64,000 bases of DNA. Origin: Ostreococcus lucimarinus. Lineage: Eukaryota. This document shows positions 29,392 through 39,561 of this stretch, in pieces (the stretch's first letter is position 1; each line of letters opens with the position of its first letter). The stretch lies in the NCBI GenBank assembly GCA_000092065.1, contig CP000584.1; one strand, 5' to 3'. The notes beneath the pieces were generated by a model. It searched no databases and was not told the origin of the DNA. It saw only the letters and a program-made list of their open reading frames with translations. Position numbers and translations under genes: made by a program.

Positions 29392-29551
29392 CGTTGTCAT
29401 TTATTCGCGCATTCGTCGCGTTCATGCCGGCGACCGACCACCCGTCCGTGTTTATCCTCGATACTCGTCAACACCCGCAGCGCGCGACGCGCCGGTCGCC
29501 GCACACGACCGCGCGTCGCGCGCGCCTCGAGCGAGGCGCCGCGAACGTCCG

Positions 29552-32500
29552 ATGGCCGCGTCGAGCGAGCGCATCGCGCTCCTCGGCGCGCGCGCGCGCG
29601 AATCGGCGTCGACGAGCGACGATTCAACGCGAGATCGACCGTCAACACTAAAGGTGTCTCGATGGCGAAAAATCGCCCTCGGCGCGCTCGCGTGCGGCGC
29701 GCTCGTCGCGGTCGCGACGCGCGCGCGCGGACGCGGACTCGATGCGCCCGGTCTCGGTCGCGGATGGCTGTCGACGCGCGACGGCGCGATGGACGACGAC
29801 GCGGGAACGACGGGCGGGGCGGGACGCGCGTTCGAAGACGCCGCCGACGGGGGGTTGATCGACTCGCAATACGAGGACGCGGACGTCCCGCGCGATGCGA
29901 GGTACGGTGATATGGGCGTGATCGAGCGCGAGGCCGCGCGGAGGACGCGACGGGGGCGTCGCGGGCGAGGTCGAGGAGGAGAAGCCGAGGGCGCGCTGGG
30001 ACACACGTACATTCGCGTGTACGAAGACGGAAACGACGCGCGCGGGGGAGGCGCGTCGACGCGGAACGGCGGCGCGCAGAGATATAGGACGGTTACGGTA
30101 CCGATACCCACGCGAGTGCGAGTGCCGATGGAACCGGCGAGCGTTGGACCGGCGCCGCGAGCGCAGAGACGAGGACACTCGCCGCTGCCGCCCATCGAAA
30201 CCACGGGTGGTGACTTGTTCGGACTTGGAACCGGCTACTCGTATTACATCGATCCCGCCGATTGGGCGTATCCACCAACGGTAGTCGTAGAGTTGCCCGA
30301 GGGCGTCGAGTTCGCGGACGCCGAGTTGTTCGCGCGCGGCGCGAGCGAGCATCCGCCGAACGAAGCCGGGCTCGTCATGCGAGTGAACGGACAGCGAACG
30401 AGCCCGAATACCTTGGTGAAAAATTTAGATGTGCTCGAAATTGACGCACAAGCTCACAACGTTCTGAACGATGTACGCACGGTGGTATTGCGATACACGT
30501 GGCGCGATCCCGGCGCGGGCGGCGCGCGCAAGCAACGACGGGGTTTGATTAGACTGAACACCAACGGAGATGCGAGGACGGGTGAGACGCAGCCGCATAG
30601 ATGGCCAATCGTCGAGCATCCGGACACTCCATCGGTGCCAGCGCCGAATGTGCCAGCGCCGACGCCAGGGACATATGTGCCAGCGCCGAATGTGCCAGCG
30701 CCGACGCCAGGGACATATGTGCCAGCGCCGGATGTGCCAGCGCCGGATGTGCCAGCGCCGGATGTGCCAGTTCCGGCGCAAGCACCGAATGTACCAGCAC
30801 CGAATGTGCCAGCGCCGACGCCGGCTTATTTTGCTCCGCCTATTGCGTGGCCACCACCACCTGCTCCGGCGATCGTGAGCATTGAGGAGGAAGATATTTT
30901 AGCCGCGAACGAATTGGTTATTCCTGTTCCACCCAATATGTTGATCGGTATACCCACTGATGGACATTTCACGGTGAGTGGCTTGCCGGACTTCGATTCC
31001 GACAACACGCCGCACCGACAAATGATCATGTTTAGCTTCGGTTGGACAGGGAATAACGGCGCCGAGGCTGAGCTCGGGGCTAGCGACAGCCAATTCGTAG
31101 ACCCGCCAGTTATGGACACGTCATCGACGCCGCCGGATTGGATTAGTATTCGAGTGAACGGCCAGTTACATGCGCTGCCGTACGCCGCTCAAAATGGTGA
31201 TCGCATCGTGCTGCGTGTTCGTGCGCCCAGTGAGCCAAACTCGAGTAGAATGGCACAGATGCTCATCGGAGATTTGCATCCGAAAGTTGTTCTCACTACG
31301 TTGGACATTGCCGCGCCGCCATCTCTCGAGGAGACTATGGACGCGATGGAACCGCCGGCGCCACCCATGGTGTCACCACCGCCGCCGCGAGAGTTTACAT
31401 CGCCGCCGCCGCCGCGTGTTCTCACCGCCGCGCCGCCGTCGCCTCCGATGCCACCATCACCGATTAGTGTAGTTGCTGACGACGATGCTTCGTACTACGA
31501 CACGGGCACGCCGAGTTCCACACCGGCACCAGCGGCCGATGACGCGTCATACTACGACACGGGCGCGCCAACGCCGACGGATGACGACGCGTCGTATTAC
31601 GACACTAGTACGCCGAGTGCGACGCCAACGCCAACGCCAACGCCAACGCCGACGGATGACGACGCGTCGTACTACGACACTAGTACGCCGACGACGCCAA
31701 CGCCAACGCCAGCACCGACGGATGACGACGCGTCGTATTACGATACTAGTACGCCGACGACGCCAACGCCAACGCCAGCACCGACGGATGACGACGCGTC
31801 GTATTACGATACTAGTACGCCGACGACGCCAACGCCAACGCCAGCACCGACGGATGACGACGCGTCGACGGACGACACGGCTTCGTCAAGTCCGACACCA
31901 GCGCCGACGGACGACACGGCTTCGCCGAGTCTGACGCCGGCGCCGACGGACGACACGGCTTCGTCAAGTCCGACGCCGGCGCCGACGGACGACACGGCTT
32001 CGCCGAGTCCGACGCCAGCACCGCAGCAGTCGCCGGTCGACGCCTTTGAACCGACGCCGGGTGCGCCGACGGAGAGCCTCGACGACGCCCCGCCAGAAAG
32101 TGACGACTCATACGCTGACTTCGCGCCGGCGTCTGCGTACCCGTCGAGCGTGAACGGTACGTCTGGCTACCCGTCGAGCGTGAACACCACGACGCCGGAC
32201 GCGACATCGAGCGCGAGCGAGCCAGCTCTGCCAACGACCCCCCCGAGTCCGCCGCCGCCGCCGAGTCCGCCGCAGCCGCCGAGCCCGTCGCCGCCGCCGC
32301 TTCCACCGGCGCCTCCTGGAATCGTTAACGTGCACAACGTCACCATGCAAGCAGGTTCGAAAGCGGTGATGTTCCATCCACCAAAAACAGTTGAGACGCT
32401 GCAATCGCCGAATCAACCACTGACGCTGCACTTTATGGAGAATGGCAACGACGCTCAACTCGCGAGTTCTGGATTGCCGTTGTGGACCGAAGTCTACGTC

Positions 32501-34144
32501 AACGGCGACTTGCAAGACGACGCCGACATCACCTTGAGTAACGGTGATCGTTTGCAACTTTTCGTCAAAGCTTCTCCAGCTCCCCTGGTTCGACGCGCCG
32601 CATATCTTTCATACGGTCACAAGCAATTCGTTCTCGACGTCACCACGGCGCAGACGAGCCCGCCACCCCCGCTTCCGCCGGCGGCGCCGCCGCCGCCGAA
32701 CGACGTCATCCTTGCACACGTCGCCGCGAATCACCCGACACAGTGCACGTCGGCACAAGCGTACAAGTGGTCGACGTTGACTCAGAATGATCGATCTACC
32801 GTGCCCATGAACGCGTGGTGCTCGAGAAACACCACGTTTGGCGAGTTTCAGGCTCCGCTGTGCTCGCATCAAACCGGGCGGGACATCATCATCTTAGTCG
32901 ACGCCAGCGAAGCCATCGGTAGTGAGGTGTTCTATGGGAAGATGATCGACATGTTGCATGATTTGTACTGCACGATCGAAGGCACGGGATCGCAAGTCGG
33001 CGTTTTGCTACTCCCAGGAGCTGGCAACCCGTACGTGTGCGACGCCTACACGAGTTACATTCCGTTGCAGCAGCACACGAGCGAGGACTTCCACGCGAGT
33101 TTAGAAAGGATGCGAGCGGACGAGGGCGCGTGTTGCGGCCGAAGCGTGCCGTTGGCGCAAGGTTTGAAAGCTGCGAACGGATTGTTCCGCGATTTCGGCA
33201 TCTTTCCGCCGAATGAGCGAAGCGTCATCTTCGTCACGGCTTCGCACCCATCGACGCCGGTGGAGTTCGAGACTTGTTTGAGCATAAGTGTACCTGAATT
33301 CCGTGACTTGACGCGAGATCACCCCTTCAACGTGCTTCCGAGCGGTGAAGAAATGACAACGTGCGAATACAAGCTTCGATCGGTGCCTGTCGCCGCGGCG
33401 GAACTGAAAACTGCCGGTGTTCGCGTTTCCGTCGTCACCGTTCCGGGCGCCGACGGCGCCGTCCCGTCGAGCGCGTACTACAGCGGCTCTCCGTGGCCGA
33501 GCAAATGCACGGCGGACGGCCAGTGCGAATTTTCTGCCCCGTACGGCGGCGATCGCGGTCACTGGGGCTCGTGGTATACCGACGCCAACGGTGACCTGAC
33601 GCGCGACTACAACCCCGGACCCGAGCTCGCGTGCCAAATGCGCGTCCATCCCGGGACGCCCGTCGTCAGCAGGCCCGTGCTCGCCAACGCCTTGCGCGTC
33701 AACGCGTGGAACCCTCGCGGGTACGCCGACACTCTCGCTGTGGCCATGTGTCCCGCGCCGCAGTGCTTACCCTCGAGCTTGTTCGGCTCCACGTTCGCCG
33801 ACAACTGCGTCGGCGACGACGCGTCGAATTGGGCCCAAACGCTCTCGTGCGTGCGCGGCGAATCGTACTCCATGTGCGACCGTCTCATCCCTCGCACCGA
33901 GCGCTGCCACGCCGAAGTCCGAAGCGACCCCGTGGCCGTGGGCACCGTCAATAACGTCACCGCCGTCAGCGTTCGCATCCACTGCGAGCAACACTGCTCG
34001 GGCGAGCGCACGGACACGCACGCCAAGTCGATTCGCGTCGTCTGCCCGCGCGGCGCCTCGTGCGACGGCGAAGTCATCGGCGACGACGTCATCACCGCCG
34101 TCGAGGCTCAGAGCGCGACGCCGCCGACCTCATCGAACCAGTAA
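29552..34144 (+). CDS. Large cell-surface/cell-wall proline-rich (HRGP-like) glycoprotein with tandem repeats and C-terminal VWA-like domain (1530 aa)
   Basis: It has an N-terminal signal-anchor (IALGALACGALVAVAT) and a PAPNVPAPTPGTYV repeat block. TDDDASYYDTSTPTTPTPTPAP 22-aa repeats and TDDTASSSPTPAP 13-aa repeats follow. Then come SPPPPPSPPQPPSPSPPP stretches and a VWA-like domain (DIIILVDASEAIGSEVFYGKMIDMLHDL...VGVLLLPGAG...SVIFVTASH) with a Cys-rich tail. Three copies of a VNGq...NGDRl.L.V.A module are also present. Confidence 0.7.
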   Translation: MAASSERIALLGARARESASTSDDSTRDRPSTLKVSRWRKIALGALACGALVAVATRARGRGLDAPGLGRGWLSTRDGAMDDDAGTTGGAGRAFEDAADGGLIDSQYEDADVPRDARYGDMGVIEREAARRTRRGRRGRGRGGEAEGALGHTYIRVYEDGNDARGGGASTRNGGAQRYRTVTVPIPTRVRVPMEPASVGPAPRAQRRGHSPLPPIETTGGDLFGLGTGYSYYIDPADWAYPPTVVVELPEGVEFADAELFARGASEHPPNEAGLVMRVNGQRTSPNTLVKNLDVLEIDAQAHNVLNDVRTVVLRYTWRDPGAGGARKQRRGLIRLNTNGDARTGETQPHRWPIVEHPDTPSVPAPNVPAPTPGTYVPAPNVPAPTPGTYVPAPDVPAPDVPAPDVPVPAQAPNVPAPNVPAPTPAYFAPPIAWPPPPAPAIVSIEEEDILAANELVIPVPPNMLIGIPTDGHFTVSGLPDFDSDNTPHRQMIMFSFGWTGNNGAEAELGASDSQFVDPPVMDTSSTPPDWISIRVNGQLHALPYAAQNGDRIVLRVRAPSEPNSSRMAQMLIGDLHPKVVLTTLDIAAPPSLEETMDAMEPPAPPMVSPPPPREFTSPPPPRVLTAAPPSPPMPPSPISVVADDDASYYDTGTPSSTPAPAADDASYYDTGAPTPTDDDASYYDTSTPSATPTPTPTPTPTDDDASYYDTSTPTTPTPTPAPTDDDASYYDTSTPTTPTPTPAPTDDDASYYDTSTPTTPTPTPAPTDDDASTDDTASSSPTPAPTDDTASPSLTPAPTDDTASSSPTPAPTDDTASPSPTPAPQQSPVDAFEPTPGAPTESLDDAPPESDDSYADFAPASAYPSSVNGTSGYPSSVNTTTPDATSSASEPALPTTPPSPPPPPSPPQPPSPSPPPLPPAPPGIVNVHNVTMQAGSKAVMFHPPKTVETLQSPNQPLTLHFMENGNDAQLASSGLPLWTEVYVNGDLQDDADITLSNGDRLQLFVKASPAPLVRRAAYLSYGHKQFVLDVTTAQTSPPPPLPPAAPPPPNDVILAHVAANHPTQCTSAQAYKWSTLTQNDRSTVPMNAWCSRNTTFGEFQAPLCSHQTGRDIIILVDASEAIGSEVFYGKMIDMLHDLYCTIEGTGSQVGVLLLPGAGNPYVCDAYTSYIPLQQHTSEDFHASLERMRADEGACCGRSVPLAQGLKAANGLFRDFGIFPPNERSVIFVTASHPSTPVEFETCLSISVPEFRDLTRDHPFNVLPSGEEMTTCEYKLRSVPVAAAELKTAGVRVSVVTVPGADGAVPSSAYYSGSPWPSKCTADGQCEFSAPYGGDRGHWGSWYTDANGDLTRDYNPGPELACQMRVHPGTPVVSRPVLANALRVNAWNPRGYADTLAVAMCPAPQCLPSSLFGSTFADNCVGDDASNWAQTLSCVRGESYSMCDRLIPRTERCHAEVRSDPVAVGTVNNVTAVSVRIHCEQHCSGERTDTHAKSIRVVCPRGASCDGEVIGDDVITAVEAQSATPPTSSNQ
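30634..30828 (+). repeat. Tandem repeat, 15-nt base unit GTGCCAGCGCCGAAT/GGAT (encodes PAPNV/PAPDV), about 12 copies
   Basis: Near-perfect nucleotide-level repetition is seen directly. A 45-nt higher-order unit is duplicated exactly. Confidence 0.8.
31481..31868 (+). repeat. Tandem repeat, 66-nt unit (encodes TDDDASYYDTSTPTTPTPTPAP), about 6 copies, three identical
   Basis: Copies at about 31690, 31756 and 31822 are identical at nucleotide level, which suggests recent expansion or concerted evolution. Confidence 0.8.
31869..32022 (+). repeat. Tandem repeat, 39-nt unit (encodes TDDTAS(S/P)SPTPAP), 4 copies
   Basis: Seen directly. Copies differ only at 2-3 positions. Confidence 0.8.
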
Positions 34145-34366
34145 CCAAACGACGAAACCACGAAACCACCCGTTTAGAATCCCTGTAATTCAGCTCGACG
34201 TTCGTCGCGCCTTCGCCGCGCCGCCGCGGCGCGTCGCCGCTCGAAATGAAAATCATCATTTCGCGACGCCTTCACCCGCGCGCGTCGCCGTCCCCGATCG
34301 CGCGCGTCGTCGACGCGCGCGAACCCATCGCGCGCCTCGGCGCGCTCGCGCGCGCGCGCGCCCGCG

Positions 34367-36856
34367 ATGAAGCTCGCGAAGCGTTTTCATCGCGCGCGTC
34401 GCGGCGGCGGCGGCGGCGAAAACTCGACCGACGACGACGACGACGACGCGCGCAGCGACGAGGACGCCTTCGAGGACGTCCGAGATAACGACGCGTTCGA
34501 CGACGAGGAGATCGACGAGGACGAGGCGTTCGACGAGGCGGACGAGGAAGCGTTCGGGGAGTTTTTCGGCTCGGGACGCGGCGACGACGGCGACGACGAC
34601 GCGTGGGACGACGAAGACGACGACGACGGCGCGGGAGACGGCGCGAACGACGACTCGTACGACGACGATGGGTTAAATCAGTTGATGGATAGCGATGACG
34701 AGGCGGAGGAGGCGGTGCGGGCGAAGGCGAAGTCGACGTCGAGGACGAGGGCGAAACCGACGCGCGAGGTCGTCGAAGAGGAGGACGTCGAGGCGTTGGT
34801 TTCGAGCGAAGACGACGACGACGAAAAACGCGAGCGCGTGCTGGATGAACTCGTCGGGGCGCGTAAACGAGTGACGCTGGATCCTCGGTATCGACCGGTG
34901 ATCACGGAGGTCGGGAGGGAGAATCCGATGGCGGTGCCGCTTCGTCTTCGCGAGGGCGAGGAGAAGCTGACGCTGAAGGACGTCATGGCGTCGCTCGGCG
35001 AAGACGCGCTCGATCGCGATACGGTGAAGCGGTTGAATAAGATTTCGAAGACTAAGGCGGTGGATGCGCCTTTGGCGCGACCGATTAAAGAGCGTATCGA
35101 TCGCAAGGCGGCGTACGCGGAGACGAGCAAGGACATCGGCAAGTATCAAGCCGTCGTCAAGGAAAATCGCGAAAAGCGAACGCTCAAGTTTGAGCCAGCG
35201 CGCAAGGAGATGCAACGCAAGGACACGCTCGGTGCGCTCGCCGCAGATTTTACGCCGCGATCGGAGGTTGAGTTGGAAATCGCTCGCGTTTTGAAAGAGT
35301 CTGGGCACGCGAGCGCCAAAGACGTCGTGCGCGGCGAGTTGCTCGAGATGAACCACTTGGACGTCGAGGACATACAGGCGCGCCAAGCCAAGCTCGCGAA
35401 GATGCGTGCGGTTTTGTTTTATCACGAGCAAAAGGCGAAAAGACTGAAAAACATCAAGTCTAAGGCGTTCCATAGGCACAATCGCAAGGGAGAACTCAAG
35501 GTGATCGGAGACGAGGATGACAGCGATTACGAAGGCGAGGGCGACACCCCGGAGGAACGCAGAGAGTACCTTCGCGCGCAAGAGCGCATGCTGTTACGTC
35601 ACAAAAACACGTCGAGGTGGGCGAAACGGGCGATTAAAAAGGGTATCGCCCATCTCGCCGGGACGCGAGAAAAGTTGCAGGAGCAGCTGCGCATCGGCCA
35701 ACAATTGAAGGAAAAGATTGAAGGCACTCGAACGACGACGACGGAACTCGACGAAGAGAGCACGGACGCCGAAGACTCTGAAGACGAAGATCCCAACGAC
35801 CCCGAAACCGAACGCAAGCGACGGCTCAGGGCGAAAGCCGCAGCGTTAAAGGCTTTGGAGGACGGCGGCGACGACGATGTCGAGGGAGCGAACGACAGCT
35901 TGTTCAAACTGCCCTTCATGGCGCGTGCGATGGAGAAACGCAAGTCGCAGACGAAAGCAGAGGCGCAAGAACTGCTTGATGAGCTCGATAGAATGGAACA
36001 GAACGGAGAGGAGCTCAGCGATAGCGACGATGATCATGAAGAGTGGGACGCGATGACAACGAATGCGAAGCGCGCCGCCGACGCCCGAACAGCGTCTGCT
36101 TCAAAGAAGGCTCGCACGGGCGACAACGACGTCGACGCGCCCGCGAAAAATTCCAGCGGGAAACAGTCGACGCAGCCGAAAAAGTCAACTGCAAAACCTA
36201 TCACGGAGATATCAGATGCGGCGAGGAAGATGCGTGCGAAAGCTGCCGCACGAGTGGCGCCGGTGAAAGTCAAGTCTGGCGAATCCGACGAAGACGCCGA
36301 CGACGGACCGACGGTGATGCTCGAAGAGGAACGCGACGCGGGGACGACGAACGAAGACTTGATGCGGCGAGCGTTCGCGAACGACGACATCGAAGCAGAA
36401 TTCGAAAAGGAAAAGCTCGCCGATGTCAGCGCAGAACTTCCTGAAACGGACATGCCGAAGAATCTTCCAGGATGGGGCGCGTGGGCGAGCGACAAGCGCG
36501 TTCCGAAATGGATGAAGGACGCGGAGAAAAAGGCGAAAACTGAGCGCGCGAAGGCTTTGAAGAGTCGTCGCGACGCCAAACTCAAGCACGTCGTAATCAG
36601 CGAAAAGTACGATAAAAAGGCTGCGCAATTCAACGTGGAATCGCTTCCGCACGGGTACGCGAGCAAGGCGGCGTACGAGGGCACGATGCGTCAACCTTTG
36701 GGATTGGACGTCAACACGCACGGCATGTTCCAAAAGTTGAACGCGCCGAAAGTATTGAAGCCAACGGGCTCTATAATCAAACCCATGAAGTTGCCGAAAC
36801 ACAAGGCGAAGGAAGCGTCGACGTCCAAGTCTTCGCGCAAAAAGAAGGCGCGCTGA
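34367..36856 (+). CDS. UTP14: U3 small nucleolar RNA-associated protein 14 (SSU processome)
   Basis: It has an acidic N-terminus and central basic/coiled regions. The conserved Utp14 C-terminal block is LPGWGAWASDKRVPKWMKDAEKKAK...HVVISEKYDKKAAQFNVESLPHGYASKAAYEGTMRQPLGLDVNTHGMFQKLNAPKV..GSIIKPMKL. Confidence 0.8.
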   Translation: MKLAKRFHRARRGGGGGENSTDDDDDDARSDEDAFEDVRDNDAFDDEEIDEDEAFDEADEEAFGEFFGSGRGDDGDDDAWDDEDDDDGAGDGANDDSYDDDGLNQLMDSDDEAEEAVRAKAKSTSRTRAKPTREVVEEEDVEALVSSEDDDDEKRERVLDELVGARKRVTLDPRYRPVITEVGRENPMAVPLRLREGEEKLTLKDVMASLGEDALDRDTVKRLNKISKTKAVDAPLARPIKERIDRKAAYAETSKDIGKYQAVVKENREKRTLKFEPARKEMQRKDTLGALAADFTPRSEVELEIARVLKESGHASAKDVVRGELLEMNHLDVEDIQARQAKLAKMRAVLFYHEQKAKRLKNIKSKAFHRHNRKGELKVIGDEDDSDYEGEGDTPEERREYLRAQERMLLRHKNTSRWAKRAIKKGIAHLAGTREKLQEQLRIGQQLKEKIEGTRTTTTELDEESTDAEDSEDEDPNDPETERKRRLRAKAAALKALEDGGDDDVEGANDSLFKLPFMARAMEKRKSQTKAEAQELLDELDRMEQNGEELSDSDDDHEEWDAMTTNAKRAADARTASASKKARTGDNDVDAPAKNSSGKQSTQPKKSTAKPITEISDAARKMRAKAAARVAPVKVKSGESDEDADDGPTVMLEEERDAGTTNEDLMRRAFANDDIEAEFEKEKLADVSAELPETDMPKNLPGWGAWASDKRVPKWMKDAEKKAKTERAKALKSRRDAKLKHVVISEKYDKKAAQFNVESLPHGYASKAAYEGTMRQPLGLDVNTHGMFQKLNAPKVLKPTGSIIKPMKLPKHKAKEASTSKSSRKKKAR

Positions 36857-36918
36857 TCAATCTCCTATTACGTGTAAAACTATCAACAACGATTAAATTC
36901 TCAACTTCTACGAGCTAT

Positions 36919-38499
36919 CTATTCTTCCTCTTCCTCTTCCTCTTCCTCTTCCTCTTCCTCATCCTTCTCCTCTTCATCTAGACGCCGCGACGCTCTGTCC
37001 GCGGCTTCGCGCCAACGAATGGCGAACGGCACGCCCCACGCGCCCGTAAAACAGATCACTAAATTCCACATCAAATGGAGCACGCTGCTCACGATTATGC
37101 CGGTCCAAATCCCGACCAAACCGAGCTTGGGGCGACCGATGGCGAGATACGCGGCGAGGGGTAAGCCGATGACCCAGTACGACACGATCAAAATCGGCGT
37201 GGTTACCCCTTGGTACCCGGCGCCGACTATGATCCCCGCGGTGGCGACTTGTACGGCGTCGATGACTATGAACCACGTGAGCGTGGGCACCAACGCGTCG
37301 AGCCTTTCGACGACGGCTTTGTCATTCGTGTACACGGCGAATACCGCGTCCGCATTCGCGTAAAACACCATCGCGCACACGAGGGCGAACGAAAATGACA
37401 ACGCCGCCGTGCTCGCCGCGAGCGTCGCCGCGTCTCGCGTTTTCCCGGCGCCGACGGCGTTCCCAACGCTCGTGGACGCCCCTCTCGACCACACGCACGC
37501 CCACGAGTAAAAGAAAAAGTACGTGTTGGACAAGAACGCCTGCGCGTCGAGCTCGAGCGTGGGATCGGCGCACAGCCCCGCGAGCGCGGTGTTGAAATCC
37601 CAGCTCCACCATTCGATGCATTGCATCCCCATCCCTGGAATCGCCAAGCGCAAATACCCCCACCAGTCTCGAAACGCGTCTGGAAACACGCGCACGTTCT
37701 TCAGCGTGCCTCGCAGCGTCTCCGACGTCGCGAAACCCACGGCGTACATGCTAAACGTCCCGATGTCGACGAGCGTCAACCCAATCGCCGCGCCCTCGAG
37801 ATTTCTAAACTTCCGAATGCAGAAAAACGGCGCTATAAATTTCAACGGCGTCGTGCACACGCTCAGCGCCGCCACCCGACGACTCCGTTTCATCGCCAGC
37901 ATCGTCTTCAGCATCACGCACGTCGCGCACTGCAAAAACAATCCCGGTACGCGCCACCTCGCGAACCGTTCCACGCGTTCCGCCGTCTCCGCGTCGACGC
38001 CCGCGACGCGCAAAATCGTCCCGCTCTTCCACCACGTCAAACTCCCCGGCGCCCACGCCAGCGTCCACAGCACCGCCATCCCTCGCGCGAACGTCTCTCC
38101 GACGACGTCGATTCGTCCCATCCCGTTCGCCTGCGCGCTGATCGTGTCCACGCCAGATCCGAGTCCCCAGACCGCCGCGTGTCCCGTCACCGACGTCACG
38201 ACGTTGCCCAGTCCGAACGCCGCCGTCGCGCGCGCGCCCGAAACCCTAGACACCAGCGACAGCTGAAACGCCGTCGACAGCGACGTGGAGACGTACTGGA
38301 ATATCAGCGGCGCGCCGAGCGCGGCGACCGTCGCCGTCGCGCGCGCGCGCGTCAATCTTTTCGCTCGGTACGCCTCCGCCTCGTCGTCGTCGTCATCGTC
38401 GCGCTCGTCGCGCGCGTCGTCGTCGAGCGGCGCCGACGTCGACGCGACGTCGTCGAGCAGCGCGTCTCGAAGCCCCGCGTCGCGGCGCGCGCGTCGCAT
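36919..38499 (-). CDS. MATE (multidrug and toxic compound extrusion) family transporter with C-terminal poly-Glu tail
   Basis: It has 12 predicted TM segments. The MATE N-lobe signature is LIFQYVSTSLSTAFQLSLVSRVSGARATAAFGLGNVVTSVTG ... SGVDTISAQANG. The C-terminus is EEKDEEEEEEEEEEEEE, encoded by a (GAG/GAA)n tract. Confidence 0.85.
   Translation of the reverse strand: MRRARRDAGLRDALLDDVASTSAPLDDDARDERDDDDDDEAEAYRAKRLTRARATATVAALGAPLIFQYVSTSLSTAFQLSLVSRVSGARATAAFGLGNVVTSVTGHAAVWGLGSGVDTISAQANGMGRIDVVGETFARGMAVLWTLAWAPGSLTWWKSGTILRVAGVDAETAERVERFARWRVPGLFLQCATCVMLKTMLAMKRSRRVAALSVCTTPLKFIAPFFCIRKFRNLEGAAIGLTLVDIGTFSMYAVGFATSETLRGTLKNVRVFPDAFRDWWGYLRLAIPGMGMQCIEWWSWDFNTALAGLCADPTLELDAQAFLSNTYFFFYSWACVWSRGASTSVGNAVGAGKTRDAATLAASTAALSFSFALVCAMVFYANADAVFAVYTNDKAVVERLDALVPTLTWFIVIDAVQVATAGIIVGAGYQGVTTPILIVSYWVIGLPLAAYLAIGRPKLGLVGIWTGIIVSSVLHLMWNLVICFTGAWGVPFAIRWREAADRASRRLDEEEKDEEEEEEEEEEEEE
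36923..36978. repeat. (TTCCTC)n simple repeat encoding poly-Glu at the MATE C-terminus
   Basis: Seen directly. Confidence 0.8.
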
Positions 38500-38516
38500 C
38501 GCGCGCGCGCGGCGGT

Positions 38517-39509
38517 GTGATGCGATGCGAGTCCCGTCGGGGACACATCGCGACGCGCCGCGCGACGCCGGCGACGCGCGCGGGCATGAGCCTCTTCTAC
38601 GGCGCCGCGGACGTCGAGTCGACGTCGTCGTCGAGCGACGACGACGGCGCGCGCGACGCCGGCGCGCGCGACGACGCGACGACGACGGCGAAAGATGCGC
38701 ATCGCGTCGCGCGGCGACCGACGACGACGACGGCGCTGCCGCGCGCGGCGGACGTGATGACGGCGCTGGACGGCGACGACGACGAGGCGACGCGGGCGAC
38801 GGTGATGCGCGGGACGACGGCGCGCGGGATGGCGCGCGCGGTGGCGGACGCGCTGCGGGAGACGCGGCGCGACGCGTACTACGCGGAGACGGCGAGGGAG
38901 GACGGCGCGAAGGACGCGGCGACGATACGGGTCGACGCGCGCAGGGTGATGATCGTGGAACAACGCGTCGCGGTGCGGTTGATGACGAAGACGTCGAACG
39001 GGGTGCTGGAGGCGGTGGCGGCGACGGGGGCGCGGGCGACGACGACGGAGGCGTCGGCGGAGGAGGATTTTGACGAGCGAGAGAAACGAAGGATCGCGAT
39101 CACGGGACCGCCGGAGAGCGTGCAAAAGTGCGTTGAGTTGATAGAATCGCTCGTGCGCGAGACGGAGAATCGAACGTCGAAGCGGTTCTTTTGTCCAAAG
39201 GCGTATTTGGGAGCGTTCATCGGACGCGGGTACGGGCACGTGCACAAGATTGAGGGCGTTTCAAAATGTAAAATCGTGATATCTGACGAGGACAAGGTGC
39301 ACGAAGGGAACGAACACTCGGTGGTGCGCGCGATTGAGGTCACGGGGACGCCGATGCAGGTGAGTTTGGGGTACAAACTCGCGTTGCAGACGTTGGACGA
39401 GGCTTTGGCGTCCGCGCCGGACGCCGAAGAGCTCAAAGCAGAGTTGAAAGAAACGAGCGGTGGGTTTGATTTAGACGCCGAACGCGCGAAGAAAAAAGCA
39501 AAGAACTAG
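38517..39509 (+). CDS. KH-domain RNA-binding protein (two type-I KH-like modules)
   Basis: It contains RRIAITGPPESVQKCVELIESLV and AYLGAFIGRGYGHVHKIEGVSKCKIVISDED...SVVRAIEVTGTPMQVSLGYKLALQTL, with GxxG-type loops. The N-terminus is low-complexity. The true start is likely the Met at 38583. Confidence 0.5.
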   Translation: MMRCESRRGHIATRRATPATRAGMSLFYGAADVESTSSSSDDDGARDAGARDDATTTAKDAHRVARRPTTTTALPRAADVMTALDGDDDEATRATVMRGTTARGMARAVADALRETRRDAYYAETAREDGAKDAATIRVDARRVMIVEQRVAVRLMTKTSNGVLEAVAATGARATTTEASAEEDFDEREKRRIAITGPPESVQKCVELIESLVRETENRTSKRFFCPKAYLGAFIGRGYGHVHKIEGVSKCKIVISDEDKVHEGNEHSVVRAIEVTGTPMQVSLGYKLALQTLDEALASAPDAEELKAELKETSGGFDLDAERAKKKAKN

Positions 39510-39561
39510 AAGGAACGAAGAGAGAGTAGCTAGAATCTAGGTAGTATTACAGTTTCCGGTG

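Noticed and set aside
30425-30885. ORFs on other frames or strands through the Pro-rich repeat block (RRWHIRRWHI..., MCQRRRQGHMCQRR..., HPALAHPALA...).
   Set aside because: These are mirror translations of the PAPNV nucleotide tandem repeat. Their periodicity is inherited from the repeat and they are not independent genes.
38285-39245. ORF 38285..39073 (+) and ORF 38352..39245 (-), extremely Arg/Asp/Gly-rich.
   Set aside because: They overlap the MATE N-terminus and the KH-protein gene in alternative frames and have low-complexity composition. They are shadow ORFs.
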